Shown: positions 31,663 through 41,468 of the stretch, in pieces
Numbering within the stretch: the first letter of the stretch is position 1
How the letters are laid out: each line of letters opens with the position of its first letter
Assembly: GCA_963715985.1 (NCBI GenBank)
Contig: CAVQSP010000004.1
Location: forward strand, 32,001 to 96,000
Origin: an uncultured Thermoleophilia bacterium
Lineage (GTDB): Bacteria > Actinomycetota > Thermoleophilia > UBA2241
DNA: 64,000 nt
Direction of reading: 5' to 3'
Notes under the pieces: generated by a model
What the model was told of the DNA's origin: nothing
Seen by the model: the letters and a program-made list of their open reading frames with translations, nothing else
Database searches by the model: none
Position numbers and translations under genes: made by a program

Positions 31663-33081
31663 ATGAGCAGCGACGGCATCGAGCAGAGGATCATCGAGAG
31701 GGCGAAGGAGGAGGGCGCGGCGCTGGCCGGTATCGCGCGCATCGCCGACCTCAAGAACGGCCCCTCGTACGCCACCTACGACGCGAACCCCTTCTACCCC
31801 GAGTACGAGGGCGTGGAGTGGAAGGACGAGTACAAGTCGGTCCTGGTCTGGGGGCTGGCGCACCCGGCGTCCGAGCCGGTGCTCGACTGGTGGAGCCTGA
31901 AGGTCAAGGGCTTCACCCCAGGGAACCGCGAGCTGGCGGCGCAGTCCAAGCGCTTGCGCACGTGGATGAACGAAGAGCTCGGGATCGGGGCGCTCTCCCT
32001 CCCGTACCAGATCGAGTACGGCGGCGCGTTCCTCAAGGACGCCGCCGTCATGGCCGGCCTCGGCGTGATCGGCCGCAACAACCTCGTGGTCACGCCGCAG
32101 TATGGCCCCCGCATCCGCTGGCGGGGGATCTTCATGGAGGCGGAGCTGGAGCCCACGGGTCCACTCACGGACTTCGACCCGTGCGGCCCGTGCGAGCGGC
32201 CGTGCTGGGCCGCCTGTCCCAAGGACGCGTTCGGCAGTGGCCGGTACCAGCGGGCACTCTGCAAGCAGTATCAGGACCAGCTCGACGTCGACTTCGAGGT
32301 GATGGACGGGTCGCTGTTCGGGATCGAGGAGCCCAGCAACGTCACGGCCTACTGCCGGGCCTGCGAGCTCGCCTGCCCCGTGGCCCCCGACTTCGACGCC
32401 TCCACGTCGGGGACGACGGCGGGGCTCGCTCCGGCCGGAGAGTCGGCGGCCGACCAGACCCACTTCGTCCTGCCGGACGACCGGCTTGTGGCGTTCACCG
32501 GGCTGCTGGAGGGGAAGTCGCGGCCCATACCGGCGCTGAGCGAGGCCGCCGCCAAGGCCGGCCCGCTCGCCGGCGACGGGGCCGCGTTGCGGCTCGAGGC
32601 TCTCGCCCTGACCGACGACGTGCTCGGCTTCGACTGCGGGGACGCCGGTCTCGACGACTACCTCGTCACGCGCGCCTACGAGGAGCGGCGCGCGGGCAAG
32701 ACCCGGGTGGCCGCGCGCGGCGACCAGGTGGCAGCGTTCTTCAGCCTCAAGGCGTCCAGCGTGAGCCCCCGCCCCGACACGGAGGTCCCGGCCAGCGGCA
32801 AGGGGCCTCGGGACATCCCGGCGATCCTTCTGGCGCGGCTGGCGGTCGATGCGTCCGAGCAGGGCCACGGCCTCGGCGAGGCGATGCTGGTGCAGGCCCT
32901 CCGCCGGTGTCTGGACGCGTCGAGCACGATGTTCGCGCGGGCGGTGCTGGCGTGCGCTCCCACCGATCGGGCGCGCAGCTTCTACGAGAAGTACGGCTTC
33001 GAGCCGTCGCCGACGGATGCGGAGCACCTCGTCCTCCGCATCAAGGACATCCGCAAGAGCCTGGCGCCGCCCCAGGAGTAG
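31663..33081 (+). CDS. Fusion of a QueG-like 4Fe-4S domain, a DUF1778/TacA-like C-terminal segment and a TacT/AtaT-like GNAT
   Basis: AAVMAGLGVIGRNNLVVTPQYGPRIR, CGPCERPCWAACP, CRACELACP; ADQTHFVLPDD..AF..LL....PIPAL; FDCG...LDDYL, IPAILLARLAVD, QGHGLG, FYEKYGF. Confidence 0.8.
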   Translation: MSSDGIEQRIIERAKEEGAALAGIARIADLKNGPSYATYDANPFYPEYEGVEWKDEYKSVLVWGLAHPASEPVLDWWSLKVKGFTPGNRELAAQSKRLRTWMNEELGIGALSLPYQIEYGGAFLKDAAVMAGLGVIGRNNLVVTPQYGPRIRWRGIFMEAELEPTGPLTDFDPCGPCERPCWAACPKDAFGSGRYQRALCKQYQDQLDVDFEVMDGSLFGIEEPSNVTAYCRACELACPVAPDFDASTSGTTAGLAPAGESAADQTHFVLPDDRLVAFTGLLEGKSRPIPALSEAAAKAGPLAGDGAALRLEALALTDDVLGFDCGDAGLDDYLVTRAYEERRAGKTRVAARGDQVAAFFSLKASSVSPRPDTEVPASGKGPRDIPAILLARLAVDASEQGHGLGEAMLVQALRRCLDASSTMFARAVLACAPTDRARSFYEKYGFEPSPTDAEHLVLRIKDIRKSLAPPQE

Positions 33082-33164
33082 GCTGCATCGAGGAGCAGAT
33101 CACCCTCCACGGCGCGGCGCGGACCATGATCGCGCTCGATGGAGTGGAAGGAAGTGAGGCGTCC

Positions 33165-34460
33165 ATGACCGGTGCAGCAGGCATGCGGCTGACGCCCGAC
33201 GAGGAGGCCGTCCTCGCCGGCCGCGACGGTGCGGTCATGCAGAAGGTCATGCGCACCGTCGTGCAGTACGGGGAGGCCCTCGGCGCCGAGAGGCTGGCCG
33301 ACATCTCCGGCGACGGCCACATGGTGATCGCGTACGCGCTTCCGGGCATCGCCCCGTCGCTGGAGATGCTCGAAGAGCTGGTGGCGGCGGGGCTCACGAC
33401 CAAGTTCCCGTTCACCCTCGACCCGCGGCCGCCGCTCGACTACGAGAACTGGGCCCTCGACGGGCAGCAGGTCGCCGTCCTCGACGGCATGTACACGGAC
33501 CAGGCGCGGTATGAGGGCCTGTTGCTCCGGCTGGGCCTGCGCGACGCCGACGCCTTCACCTGCCGGCCGTTTCTCGAGGAGGTCGGCAACGCGCCCAGGA
33601 GGGGTGCCGTCCTCGCCTGGTCGGAGTCTGCCGCCGTCGTCTACGCCAACTCCGTCCTGGGCGCGCGCACCAACCGCAACGGCGCCATCATGGACCTTCT
33701 GTGCAACGTCGCCGGCAAGGTGCCGTTGTCGGGCCTCATCGAGGACGGCGCGCGCCGGGCCACCTGGCGCATCGACGTCACGACCGCCGACCTGCCGCTG
33801 CCCCAAGTGCTGGGGGCGGCCATCGGCAGGCGCGTGCTGGCGGACGTCCCGCTGGTCACCGGCCTCGACCGCTTCTTGAGCGCCGACCTGGACGCGCCCA
33901 CGCTCGACTACCTGAACGAGATGGGCACCGCCTGCGCCACGGCCGGGGCGGTCGGACTCTTCCACGTGGAGGGCGTCACCCCGGAGGCCGTCGAGCAGGG
34001 CCGGCACATCCTGGCCCCCGATCATCGCGAGTACACGATCGACGAGGACGTAGTGGCGGATCTGATCGCCTCGTACCCGGTGCTGTGGCGGGACGGCGGC
34101 GCGCGCCCGGAGAGGTGCTATCTCGGCTGCCCTCACCTGAGCCTCGAGCAGATCTCCTGGTGGGCGCGCAGCATCAGCGCCGCGCTACGCGAGCGGCGGC
34201 AGGCGCGGATCGCGGTGCCCACCACACTGTGCGCCGCGCCGCAGACGCTGGCGCGGCTCGGCGCGGCCGGGAGTGCAAGGCGCGATCTGGAGGCAGCCGG
34301 CGTCATGCTCAGCGCCGGCTGCCCCATGCAGCTCTTCGACTGCGACCTCGCCGCCGGCAGCGCCATCATCACCAACTCCACCAAGCTGCGCACCTACACC
34401 AACGCGAGGTTCTACCCGGACCAGAGGATCGTCGAGATCGTGGTCGGCGGAGAGATCTGA
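33165..34460 (+). CDS. Aconitase X catalytic subunit (DUF521)
   Basis: FTC.PF, AWSES.AVVYANSVLGARTNR, FHVEGVTPEA, GCPHLS, TNSTK. Confidence 0.88.
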   Translation: MTGAAGMRLTPDEEAVLAGRDGAVMQKVMRTVVQYGEALGAERLADISGDGHMVIAYALPGIAPSLEMLEELVAAGLTTKFPFTLDPRPPLDYENWALDGQQVAVLDGMYTDQARYEGLLLRLGLRDADAFTCRPFLEEVGNAPRRGAVLAWSESAAVVYANSVLGARTNRNGAIMDLLCNVAGKVPLSGLIEDGARRATWRIDVTTADLPLPQVLGAAIGRRVLADVPLVTGLDRFLSADLDAPTLDYLNEMGTACATAGAVGLFHVEGVTPEAVEQGRHILAPDHREYTIDEDVVADLIASYPVLWRDGGARPERCYLGCPHLSLEQISWWARSISAALRERRQARIAVPTTLCAAPQTLARLGAAGSARRDLEAAGVMLSAGCPMQLFDCDLAAGSAIITNSTKLRTYTNARFYPDQRIVEIVVGGEI

Positions 34461-34471
34461 GGGCCCGCCGG

Positions 34472-34927
34472 ATGCCCACCACCTTCAAGGGGCGGCCCGT
34501 CCTCGCCGGCAACGTCTCGGGCCAGGCCGTGGTCAGTCACGGCGGCTTCAACATGTACGCGAGCTTCTTCGAGAGCATCCACGTGCCCTCCGGCAAGGCG
34601 GTCTGCGCCGACAGCGGCAACGCCGACCTCTTCGGGCGCGATCTGGCGGGCAAGGTCGTCTGCGTTCCCGGCACGACCGGTTCCACTTCCGGCGGCGCCG
34701 TGTGGCAGCGTCTGGTCAGGATGGGGAACGCTCCGAGGGCCATGCTCTTCTCCGGCGGGATCGACTCGCTGGCGGCCGGCGGACTCATCGTCGCCGACCT
34801 CTGGGCCGGCACGCGGATCGTGGTCGTCGATCGCCTGGGCGATGCGTTTCTGGACACCGTCGAGCACGGCGACACGATCACGATCCAGGAGGACGGCCTG
34901 GTCGCGATCGAGCGCGCGAGCACGTAG
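34472..34927 (+). CDS. Aconitase X swivel subunit (DUF126)
   Basis: GR.V..G.V.G.AVVS, L.G..LAGK, GST; adjacent to DUF521. Confidence 0.85.
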   Translation: MPTTFKGRPVLAGNVSGQAVVSHGGFNMYASFFESIHVPSGKAVCADSGNADLFGRDLAGKVVCVPGTTGSTSGGAVWQRLVRMGNAPRAMLFSGGIDSLAAGGLIVADLWAGTRIVVVDRLGDAFLDTVEHGDTITIQEDGLVAIERAST

Positions 34928-35091
34928 ACGGGCCACCGCGACGCGCGCCCTAAGCTTGACACCTGCGCGAGCCTGTGACCGAATCTGGCACTGACCGACC
35001 GATCGACCGTCGTTCTCGCGGTCCGGGACCTGCGCCGCTCCTGGCGGACCGGGCCTTCGCAGCGATCCTTGAGGTGGAAAGGAGCCCCCCT

Positions 35092-36531
35092 TTGGACTGC
35101 CGTGTGAGCTGGATGAGCGCGTCCGAGCGCGACCTCATCATCGAGTCCGCGCTCGCCGTTCTGGAGCGCGTGGGCATGCGTATGAAGGGCGCCCGTGCGC
35201 TCGACGCCCTGCAGGAGCGCGGCGCCGTGGTGGACCGGGACTCCGGCGTCGTGCGCATGCCGGAGAGTGTGGTGCGGGCGGCCCTCGCCGGCCTCCCCGA
35301 TCAGTTCTTCATGGCCGGCGCCACGCCGGAGCAGGACCTGGTCTTTGACCGTCGCAACGGGCCGCACTTCAATCCTTCCGCCTGTATCGCGAAGACGCTC
35401 GACTTCCGCACGGGCAAGCTCAGGCCGTCACTCCTCCAGGACCTCCGCGAGGGCACCATGGTCATGGACGCCACGCCGGAGCTGGACCTCATGTGGACGT
35501 TCGCCACCGCGAACGACGTGCCCGTCGAGGACCGCGAGCTGCTCGAGTACTACACGTACCTCTCCAACACCTCCAAACCGCTGGTGTTCGTCGATTGCCC
35601 CTCCGAGACCGAGGCCGTGAAGCGCATCATGGAGGTCCTTGGAGGCAGTCTCGAGGGCCACCGGCGGCGCCCCCGGCTCGGTCTTCTGTGCGCCGTCCGC
35701 GCGCCGCTCGAGGTGAACGGCGACCTGCTCGACGTGACCTGCGAGTTCGCGAGACTCGGCGCACCTGTTTTCGCCTACTCCATGGCGATGGCCGGGGCCA
35801 CCTCGCCTGTCACCGTGGCGGGCACGCTGGCGCAGATGTGGGCCGAGCTGCTCGGCATGGTCACGGCTGTGCAGGCCGCGGCCCCGGGGGCCGCCATGGT
35901 CGTCTGCTGCGGCCCGGGCATTCTCGACATGCGCACCAGCTCCATGTCGCTCGGCTGCCCCGAGAACACCCTCATGGGCGTGGCGTCGGTGGAGATCGGC
36001 CACCATCTGGGCCTCCCGGTCCACAATTCGGGCCTCTCCTCCGACGCCAAGCACCCCGGCGTCCAGGCCGGCTACGAGAAGGGCATGAAGGCACTGCCGG
36101 CGGCTCTGGCAGGGGTCGACCTCATCAGCGGCGGGTTCGGCGCCCTGGACTCGTCGAGCGTGTGGCACCTGCCGATGGTGCCCATCGACGCCGAAGTGGC
36201 CCGGATGGTGAAGCGTCTGGTCGCCGGCGCCGAGATCAGCGCCGAGACCGTGATGCTCGACGTCATCGAGCGCGTGGGCGTGGGCGGCAACCACCTCAGG
36301 GAGCGGGTCACCCGAGACCGCATCCGGGCCGGGGAGCACTTCGTGCCGGCCATCGGCAGCCGGCTGCCCTTCGAGCAGTGGCTGGCCGAGGGCAGGCAGG
36401 AGACCGACGTCGCCAGGGAAGCGGTAGAGCAGACGCTGGCGAGGATGGAGGCGCTGGGACCCGCCGCCGCCTCACTGCTCAGCGACGAGCAGCTCCGGGC
36501 ACTGGCCGAGATCTGCGGTGCCGGCGTGTGA
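35092..36531 (+). CDS. Non-pyrrolysine MttB-superfamily methyltransferase (quaternary-amine type)
   Basis: AMAGATSPVTVAGTL, DMRT, NSGLSSDAKHPGVQAGYEK (Ser at the Pyl-equivalent site); AAGGAG RBS before TTG. Confidence 0.88.
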   Translation: MDCRVSWMSASERDLIIESALAVLERVGMRMKGARALDALQERGAVVDRDSGVVRMPESVVRAALAGLPDQFFMAGATPEQDLVFDRRNGPHFNPSACIAKTLDFRTGKLRPSLLQDLREGTMVMDATPELDLMWTFATANDVPVEDRELLEYYTYLSNTSKPLVFVDCPSETEAVKRIMEVLGGSLEGHRRRPRLGLLCAVRAPLEVNGDLLDVTCEFARLGAPVFAYSMAMAGATSPVTVAGTLAQMWAELLGMVTAVQAAAPGAAMVVCCGPGILDMRTSSMSLGCPENTLMGVASVEIGHHLGLPVHNSGLSSDAKHPGVQAGYEKGMKALPAALAGVDLISGGFGALDSSSVWHLPMVPIDAEVARMVKRLVAGAEISAETVMLDVIERVGVGGNHLRERVTRDRIRAGEHFVPAIGSRLPFEQWLAEGRQETDVAREAVEQTLARMEALGPAAASLLSDEQLRALAEICGAGV

Positions 36532-36574
36532 GCGACACGGCACCGGTGCGAGCCGGCGACCGGCTCGCCGCCAC

Positions 36575-37048
36575 CTACTCCGCGGCCCCGTCGTCGGGCA
36601 CGGGCCAGCCGGCGTCCGGCTTGACCTCGGAGTACACGAGCATGGTCTCGACCCTGTCCACGCCGGGGATGGCGGCGATGTCGTACTTGACCAGCTGCCC
36701 CAGGTGCTCGAGGTCGCGCACGGCCACGTGCAGCAGGTAGTCGAAGCGCCCCGCCACGTGGTAGCAGGCGCGCACGTCCGGGAGCGCGATGACGCCGCGC
36801 TCGAACTCGGCGATGCACTCGGTGCCGTGACGGACGAGCTCGGCAGCCACGAACGCCTGCAGGCCGATGCCCAGGCTGGCGGGCGCCACGAGCGCGCGGT
36901 AGCCCTGGATGTGCCCCTCCACCTGCAGGCGCCGCACGCGCTCGGACATCGCGGACTGGGAGAGACCCAGGGCCTCCGCGAGCTTGGCGTTGGTGAGACT
37001 CCCATCCTCCTGCAGCCTGATCAGGATCCGGCGATCGAGATCGTCCAC
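36575..37048 (-). CDS. Lrp/AsnC family regulator (paralog of 14676-15179)
   Basis: HTH plus RAM domain; long identical stretches with the other copy. Confidence 0.92.
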   Translation of the reverse strand: MDDLDRRILIRLQEDGSLTNAKLAEALGLSQSAMSERVRRLQVEGHIQGYRALVAPASLGIGLQAFVAAELVRHGTECIAEFERGVIALPDVRACYHVAGRFDYLLHVAVRDLEHLGQLVKYDIAAIPGVDRVETMLVYSEVKPDAGWPVPDDGAAE

Positions 37049-37236
37049 GTCATCCCCTTGTCAGCGGCTTGCCGCATGATATCGCACTCGCTCCGGGCGT
37101 GAGGCTTCGCCGCCGCTGCGCGAAGCAGGTCGTCGGGAGCACCGACGAGACCGGAGAGTGTGCACGTATGTCGAGCCAAGGACGGCGCGATTGTCAGCAT
37201 GGAGCTGTGCTTACCGCAGAATCATCGGTGAATACG

Positions 37237-37266
37237 TTGACTTGCCGAAGAGTCGACGACTATCAT
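37237..37266 (+). promoter_or_regulatory. Putative promoter TTGACT-N18-TATCAT
   Basis: Near-consensus hexamers in an intergenic region. Confidence 0.55.
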
Positions 37267-37530
37267 GCAGGCAGCCGTTGAGGGGGTGGACATGGACGGA
37301 GCTCGCTGCTGGATCGGGGACGCGTCGGGGGGCGCGGGTATCGGCACGTCCGCGGGCAGTTCACCGGTTTCAGGTTGCCCACGGTTCCTCCCGTTCCGTA
37401 TCGGCAAGGGCAGCAGAATCGCCGCGGACGTTCGGCAAGACGAGTGATAGCGCCGTTTTCGCTTGTGATTCCGTCATCAATGTCTTGTCTCGCCCGGGGC
37501 CTGATGCTAGGCTCGCCGGACCGAGCTCTC

Positions 37531-37560
37531 TTGACAACTCGGAGCGATGACTTCTAGAGT
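37531..37560 (+). promoter_or_regulatory. Putative promoter TTGACA-N18-TAGAGT for the ABC operon
   Basis: Consensus -35 about 200 nt upstream of the SBP gene. Confidence 0.55.
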
Positions 37561-37762
37561 GCAGTCCAACTTGGCGACCCACCCGGGCGGATACATTGCA
37601 CCCCAGGCTCGCTGTACGCGGACGTCACGATCATCGGCAAGATCGGCCAAGGGGGTTGGTCTCTCGCACACGTGAAGGTGATGCCCGCGGTCTCGCGACT
37701 CGCGTGTCTGCGGGCGGCTCTGCCGTTCGGGCAGGGCCTCGTCAGGCGGGGAACGCAAACAC

Positions 37763-39436
37763 ATGGGGGACGGTATCGTGAGTGACCAGGACAAGAACTC
37801 AGGGTTCGAAGTCGGCGAGATCAGCGAGGTCCTGAACGAGAAGCGCGTCACGCGGCGCGACGTGCTCAAGGGCGCGGCGGCCGTCGGCGCCGTCGCGGCG
37901 TTCGGCTCGGTGGCCTCGGCGTGCGGCAGCGGCGGCGGCTCGGAGAGCTCTGCCTCCCCGTCGGCCTCGGCTGCGGGCGGCGAGCCCAAGAAGGGCGGCG
38001 CCCTCAGGGTGGGCATCGGCGGCGGCTCGGCCAAGGACACGCTCGACGCACAGATCTCCACCACCGAGACTCAGATCGACTATCAGTTTCTGATCTACGA
38101 CTCGCTCATGGGCTGGGACCCGGAGCACAAGATCGTGATGCTGCTCGCGGAGGAGTACTCGCCGAACGCCGACGGCTCTGTGCACACCGTCAAGCTCAAG
38201 TCGGGCCTCACCTTCCACGACGGCTCGCCGGTCAACGCCGACGCCGTGGTGTACAGCTTCAATCGCATCCTCGACCCCAAGACGGCGGCCGCGGGCAAGG
38301 ATCAACTGAAGGGTCTCACGGCCAGCGGCATCAAGAAGATCGACGACCTCACCGTCGAATTCGCGCTGGACAAGCCCAACGTGATCTTCTACGAGGCGCT
38401 GGCGTACTACAACAACGCCGTCGTCCCGATCGACTACGCGCCCAAGGGTGCCGACGGCGCCATCGGCAGCGGCCCCTGGGTGGTCACGAGCTTCTCGCCG
38501 GGTCAGCAGCTCGAGCTCAAGGCCAATCCCGACTACTTCGGCGACGTTCCGTACTTGGACACCCTGACGTTGATCAGCTTTGCCGACCCGACGGCCAAGC
38601 TCAACGCGCTGCTCGGCGGCACCGTCGACTACATGACTCTCCTCGACAGTGCCCAGGTCGGCACCATGCAGGCGACGCCGGGCTTCAAGGTCCTCGAGGC
38701 CAAGACCGGCGGCTGGAACCCGTTCACCATGCGTGTCGACACGAAGCCCTTCGACGACGAGAAGGTGCGCCAGGCGTTCCGCCTCATCGTCGACCGTCAG
38801 CAGATGATCGACCAGGCCAAGGGTGGCTACTCCTGGATCGGTAACGACATGTACTCTCCCTTCGACCCCGGCTACGCCAAGGATCTGCCGCAGCGGGTGC
38901 AGGACCTCGAGCAGGCCAAGTCGCTGCTCAAGTCCGCAGGCTACGACAACGACCTCACCGTGGAGCTCATCTGCTCCACCGCCACCGGCGCCGGCGACGT
39001 GCAGGCCGCCCAGGTCTTCGCGCAGCAGGCCAAGGGCGCCGGCGTCAAGGTCAACGTCAAGCAGGTCGACCCGAGCGTGTTCTACGGCGACGACTACCTC
39101 AAATGGGTCTTCGCCATGGACTTCTGGGGCTACCGCAACTACCTGCCTCAGGCCGCCATCGGCAGCTACCCCGGTGGCGTGTGGAACGAGACGCACTGGG
39201 ACGACCCCGAATGGATCAAGCTCTTTGACGAGGCCATGAAGACCGTGGACGACACCAAGCGCAACGAGCTCATCACACAGGCGAGCACGATCGAGTACGA
39301 GAAGGGTGGCTACATCATCTATCAGTTCAACAAGCTGCTCGACGCCTACACTGACAAGCTCGGCGGCGCCATCCCCGACAACTGGGGCGCGGAGGCCGCC
39401 AACAAGCTTCGCTTCAACCTGATGTACTTCGTCTGA
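37763..39436 (+). CDS. Family 5 ABC solute-binding lipoprotein with a Tat signal
   Basis: TRRDVLKG twin-arginine motif, ASAC lipobox, FHDGSP, GSGPW; start may be GTG 37778. Confidence 0.92.
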   Translation: MGDGIVSDQDKNSGFEVGEISEVLNEKRVTRRDVLKGAAAVGAVAAFGSVASACGSGGGSESSASPSASAAGGEPKKGGALRVGIGGGSAKDTLDAQISTTETQIDYQFLIYDSLMGWDPEHKIVMLLAEEYSPNADGSVHTVKLKSGLTFHDGSPVNADAVVYSFNRILDPKTAAAGKDQLKGLTASGIKKIDDLTVEFALDKPNVIFYEALAYYNNAVVPIDYAPKGADGAIGSGPWVVTSFSPGQQLELKANPDYFGDVPYLDTLTLISFADPTAKLNALLGGTVDYMTLLDSAQVGTMQATPGFKVLEAKTGGWNPFTMRVDTKPFDDEKVRQAFRLIVDRQQMIDQAKGGYSWIGNDMYSPFDPGYAKDLPQRVQDLEQAKSLLKSAGYDNDLTVELICSTATGAGDVQAAQVFAQQAKGAGVKVNVKQVDPSVFYGDDYLKWVFAMDFWGYRNYLPQAAIGSYPGGVWNETHWDDPEWIKLFDEAMKTVDDTKRNELITQASTIEYEKGGYIIYQFNKLLDAYTDKLGGAIPDNWGAEAANKLRFNLMYFV

Positions 39437-39458
39437 GCCTCGGCTCTGCGAACTGACC

Positions 39459-39498
39459 TGACTGGGGCCGGGGCCCGCAGCGGCGCCGGCCCCAGTCA
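39459..39498 (+). terminator. Stem-loop after the SBP gene (mRNA stabiliser or partial terminator)
   Basis: TGACTGGGGCCGG...CCGGCCCCAGTCA 13-bp inverted repeat. Confidence 0.6.
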
Positions 39499-39522
39499 CA
39501 CCTCGAAGGAGGTCGGCGGGCT

Positions 39523-40485
39523 TTGCCACCCCTGCTGAAGATCATCCTGCGCCGACTCGGACTCGGGATCCTGACGCTCTTCCTCGTCTCGGTCCTCGTG
39601 TTCGCGGCCACGCAAGCGCTGCCCGGTGACACGGCGCGCGCCATCCTCGGCCGGGACGCCTCACCGGAGCGTCTCAAGGAAGTGCGCGCGCGGCTCGGGC
39701 TCGACCAGCCGGCCACGACGCAGTACGTGAAGTGGCTCGGCCACATCGTGCGCGGCGATCTCGGCGACTCGCTCGTGGCGTCGCAGCCCGTCACCTCCCT
39801 TCTCAAGGGGCGGGTCATGAACTCGGCGGCCCTCGTTCTGGTCGCCGCCCTCGTCAGCATCCCCATCTCCATCCTCCTCGGCAGTCTGAGCGGGCTACTC
39901 CGCGACAAATGGTTCGACTCCGCCACCTCGCTGGGCAGCCTGGCGCTCGCCGCCCTGCCCGAGTTCGTCATCGGCATCCTGCTCATCATGCTGCTCGCCA
40001 CGCAGGTCTTCCACGTGTTTCCCGCGGTCTCCCGCGTGAACCCGAGCGAGTCCATCTGGAGCCAGATGGACATGCTCATCCTGCCGGCGCTCACACTGAT
40101 CCTCGCCGTGGCGCCGTACATCATCCGCATCCTGCGCGCCTCGATGATCGAGGTGCTCGAGAGCGAGTACGTGCAGATGGCGCGCCTCAAGGGCATGCCC
40201 GAGAGCATCGTCCTGCGGCGTCACGCCCTGCCCAATGCCGTGATCCCCGCGATCCAGGTCATCGCCCTCAACATGGCCTGGCTGGCCGGCGGCGTCGTGG
40301 TCGTCGAGTACCTCTTCAACTACCCGGGCATCGGCTCCGGGCTCGTGGACGCGGTCGCCAACCGCGACGTGCCCATGATCCAGGCCATCGTGCTCCTCAT
40401 CGCCAGCCTCTACGTCGGCTTCAACCTCATCGCCGACATCCTCACCATCCTCGTCAGCCCCCGACTCAGGACGGGACTGCAATGA
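39523..40485 (+). CDS. ABC permease, DppB-like
   Basis: LPGD, GDLG.S, EYVQMARLKG, FNYPGIG. Confidence 0.92.
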   Translation: MPPLLKIILRRLGLGILTLFLVSVLVFAATQALPGDTARAILGRDASPERLKEVRARLGLDQPATTQYVKWLGHIVRGDLGDSLVASQPVTSLLKGRVMNSAALVLVAALVSIPISILLGSLSGLLRDKWFDSATSLGSLALAALPEFVIGILLIMLLATQVFHVFPAVSRVNPSESIWSQMDMLILPALTLILAVAPYIIRILRASMIEVLESEYVQMARLKGMPESIVLRRHALPNAVIPAIQVIALNMAWLAGGVVVVEYLFNYPGIGSGLVDAVANRDVPMIQAIVLLIASLYVGFNLIADILTILVSPRLRTGLQ

Positions 40486-41468
40486 GCGCCGAAGCGCACG
40501 TCCTCAGAATGGGCGTCTCCAGCGACCTCAACCTGGGCCCCGGCGAGGGCCTCAACGAGCCGCTCGAGCCGCAGCTGGGCCACGACATGGAGATGGCGCC
40601 GGTCCGCGGCAAGCGGCGCCGCAAGGAGTGGGTGCAGCTGCTGTATGACGCCCTGCACTACCGGCGCACGCAGATCGGCCTGGCCCTCTGCCTCTTCATC
40701 CTGGTCGTCGCTATCGTGGGGCCGTACCTGGCGCCCTACTCGCCGTTCGAGTTCATCGTGAAGCCGTTCGCCAAGCCGTCGTCCACCGCCGTCCTCGGCG
40801 GCGACGTCCTCGGCCGCGACGTGCTCAGCCGCGTCCTGTACGGCGGCCGCTCGGTGCTCATCCTCTCGGTCATCGCGACCGTGGTCGGTATGGTCATCGG
40901 CGTGTCGCTGGGCCTGTTCGCCGGGTACGCGCGGGCCGCCGTGGACGAGGTCATCATGCGCATCCTCGACGTCTTCCTCGCCTTCCCGCAGATCGTGCTC
41001 GTCCTGCTGCTCGTGTCGGTGCTCGGGCCGCGGCTCTGGCTGATCGTCCTCACCGTCGGGCTCTCGCACGCACCGCGCATCGCGCGTGTGGCGCGCGGGT
41101 CCACTCTGGAGGTCAAGGAGCGCGACTTCGTCAAGGCGGCGGAGTCTCTGGGGGTCTCGCGCATCAAGATCGCCTTCGGCGAGATCCTGCCCACCATCAC
41201 GAGCCCGTTGTTCGTGGAGTTCGGCCTGCGTCTCACCTACTCCATCGGCCTCATCGCCGCCCTGAGCTTCCTCGGGTTCGGCATGCAGCCGCCGGCCTGT
41301 GACTGGGGCCTCATGATCAACGAGAACCGCATCGGCCTGGTCATCCAGCCGTACTCGATCTTCGTGCCGGTGGCCCTCATCGCCATCCTCACCATCGGCG
41401 TGAACCTGGCCACCGACGGCATGGCCCGCGCCATGATCGGCATCGAGCGCGACACGGGGGCAGCATGA
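40482..41468 (+). CDS. ABC permease, DppC-like
   Basis: LG.D.LGRDVLSR, EAA-like loop, LSFLGFG.QPP..DWG. Confidence 0.92.
   Translation: MSAEAHVLRMGVSSDLNLGPGEGLNEPLEPQLGHDMEMAPVRGKRRRKEWVQLLYDALHYRRTQIGLALCLFILVVAIVGPYLAPYSPFEFIVKPFAKPSSTAVLGGDVLGRDVLSRVLYGGRSVLILSVIATVVGMVIGVSLGLFAGYARAAVDEVIMRILDVFLAFPQIVLVLLLVSVLGPRLWLIVLTVGLSHAPRIARVARGSTLEVKERDFVKAAESLGVSRIKIAFGEILPTITSPLFVEFGLRLTYSIGLIAALSFLGFGMQPPACDWGLMINENRIGLVIQPYSIFVPVALIAILTIGVNLATDGMARAMIGIERDTGAA

Noticed and set aside
37280-37360. GGGGGTGGA start resembling the 5' end of bacterial tRNA-Pyl
   Set aside because: No CTA anticodon loop, no matching acceptor stem and no CCA end.
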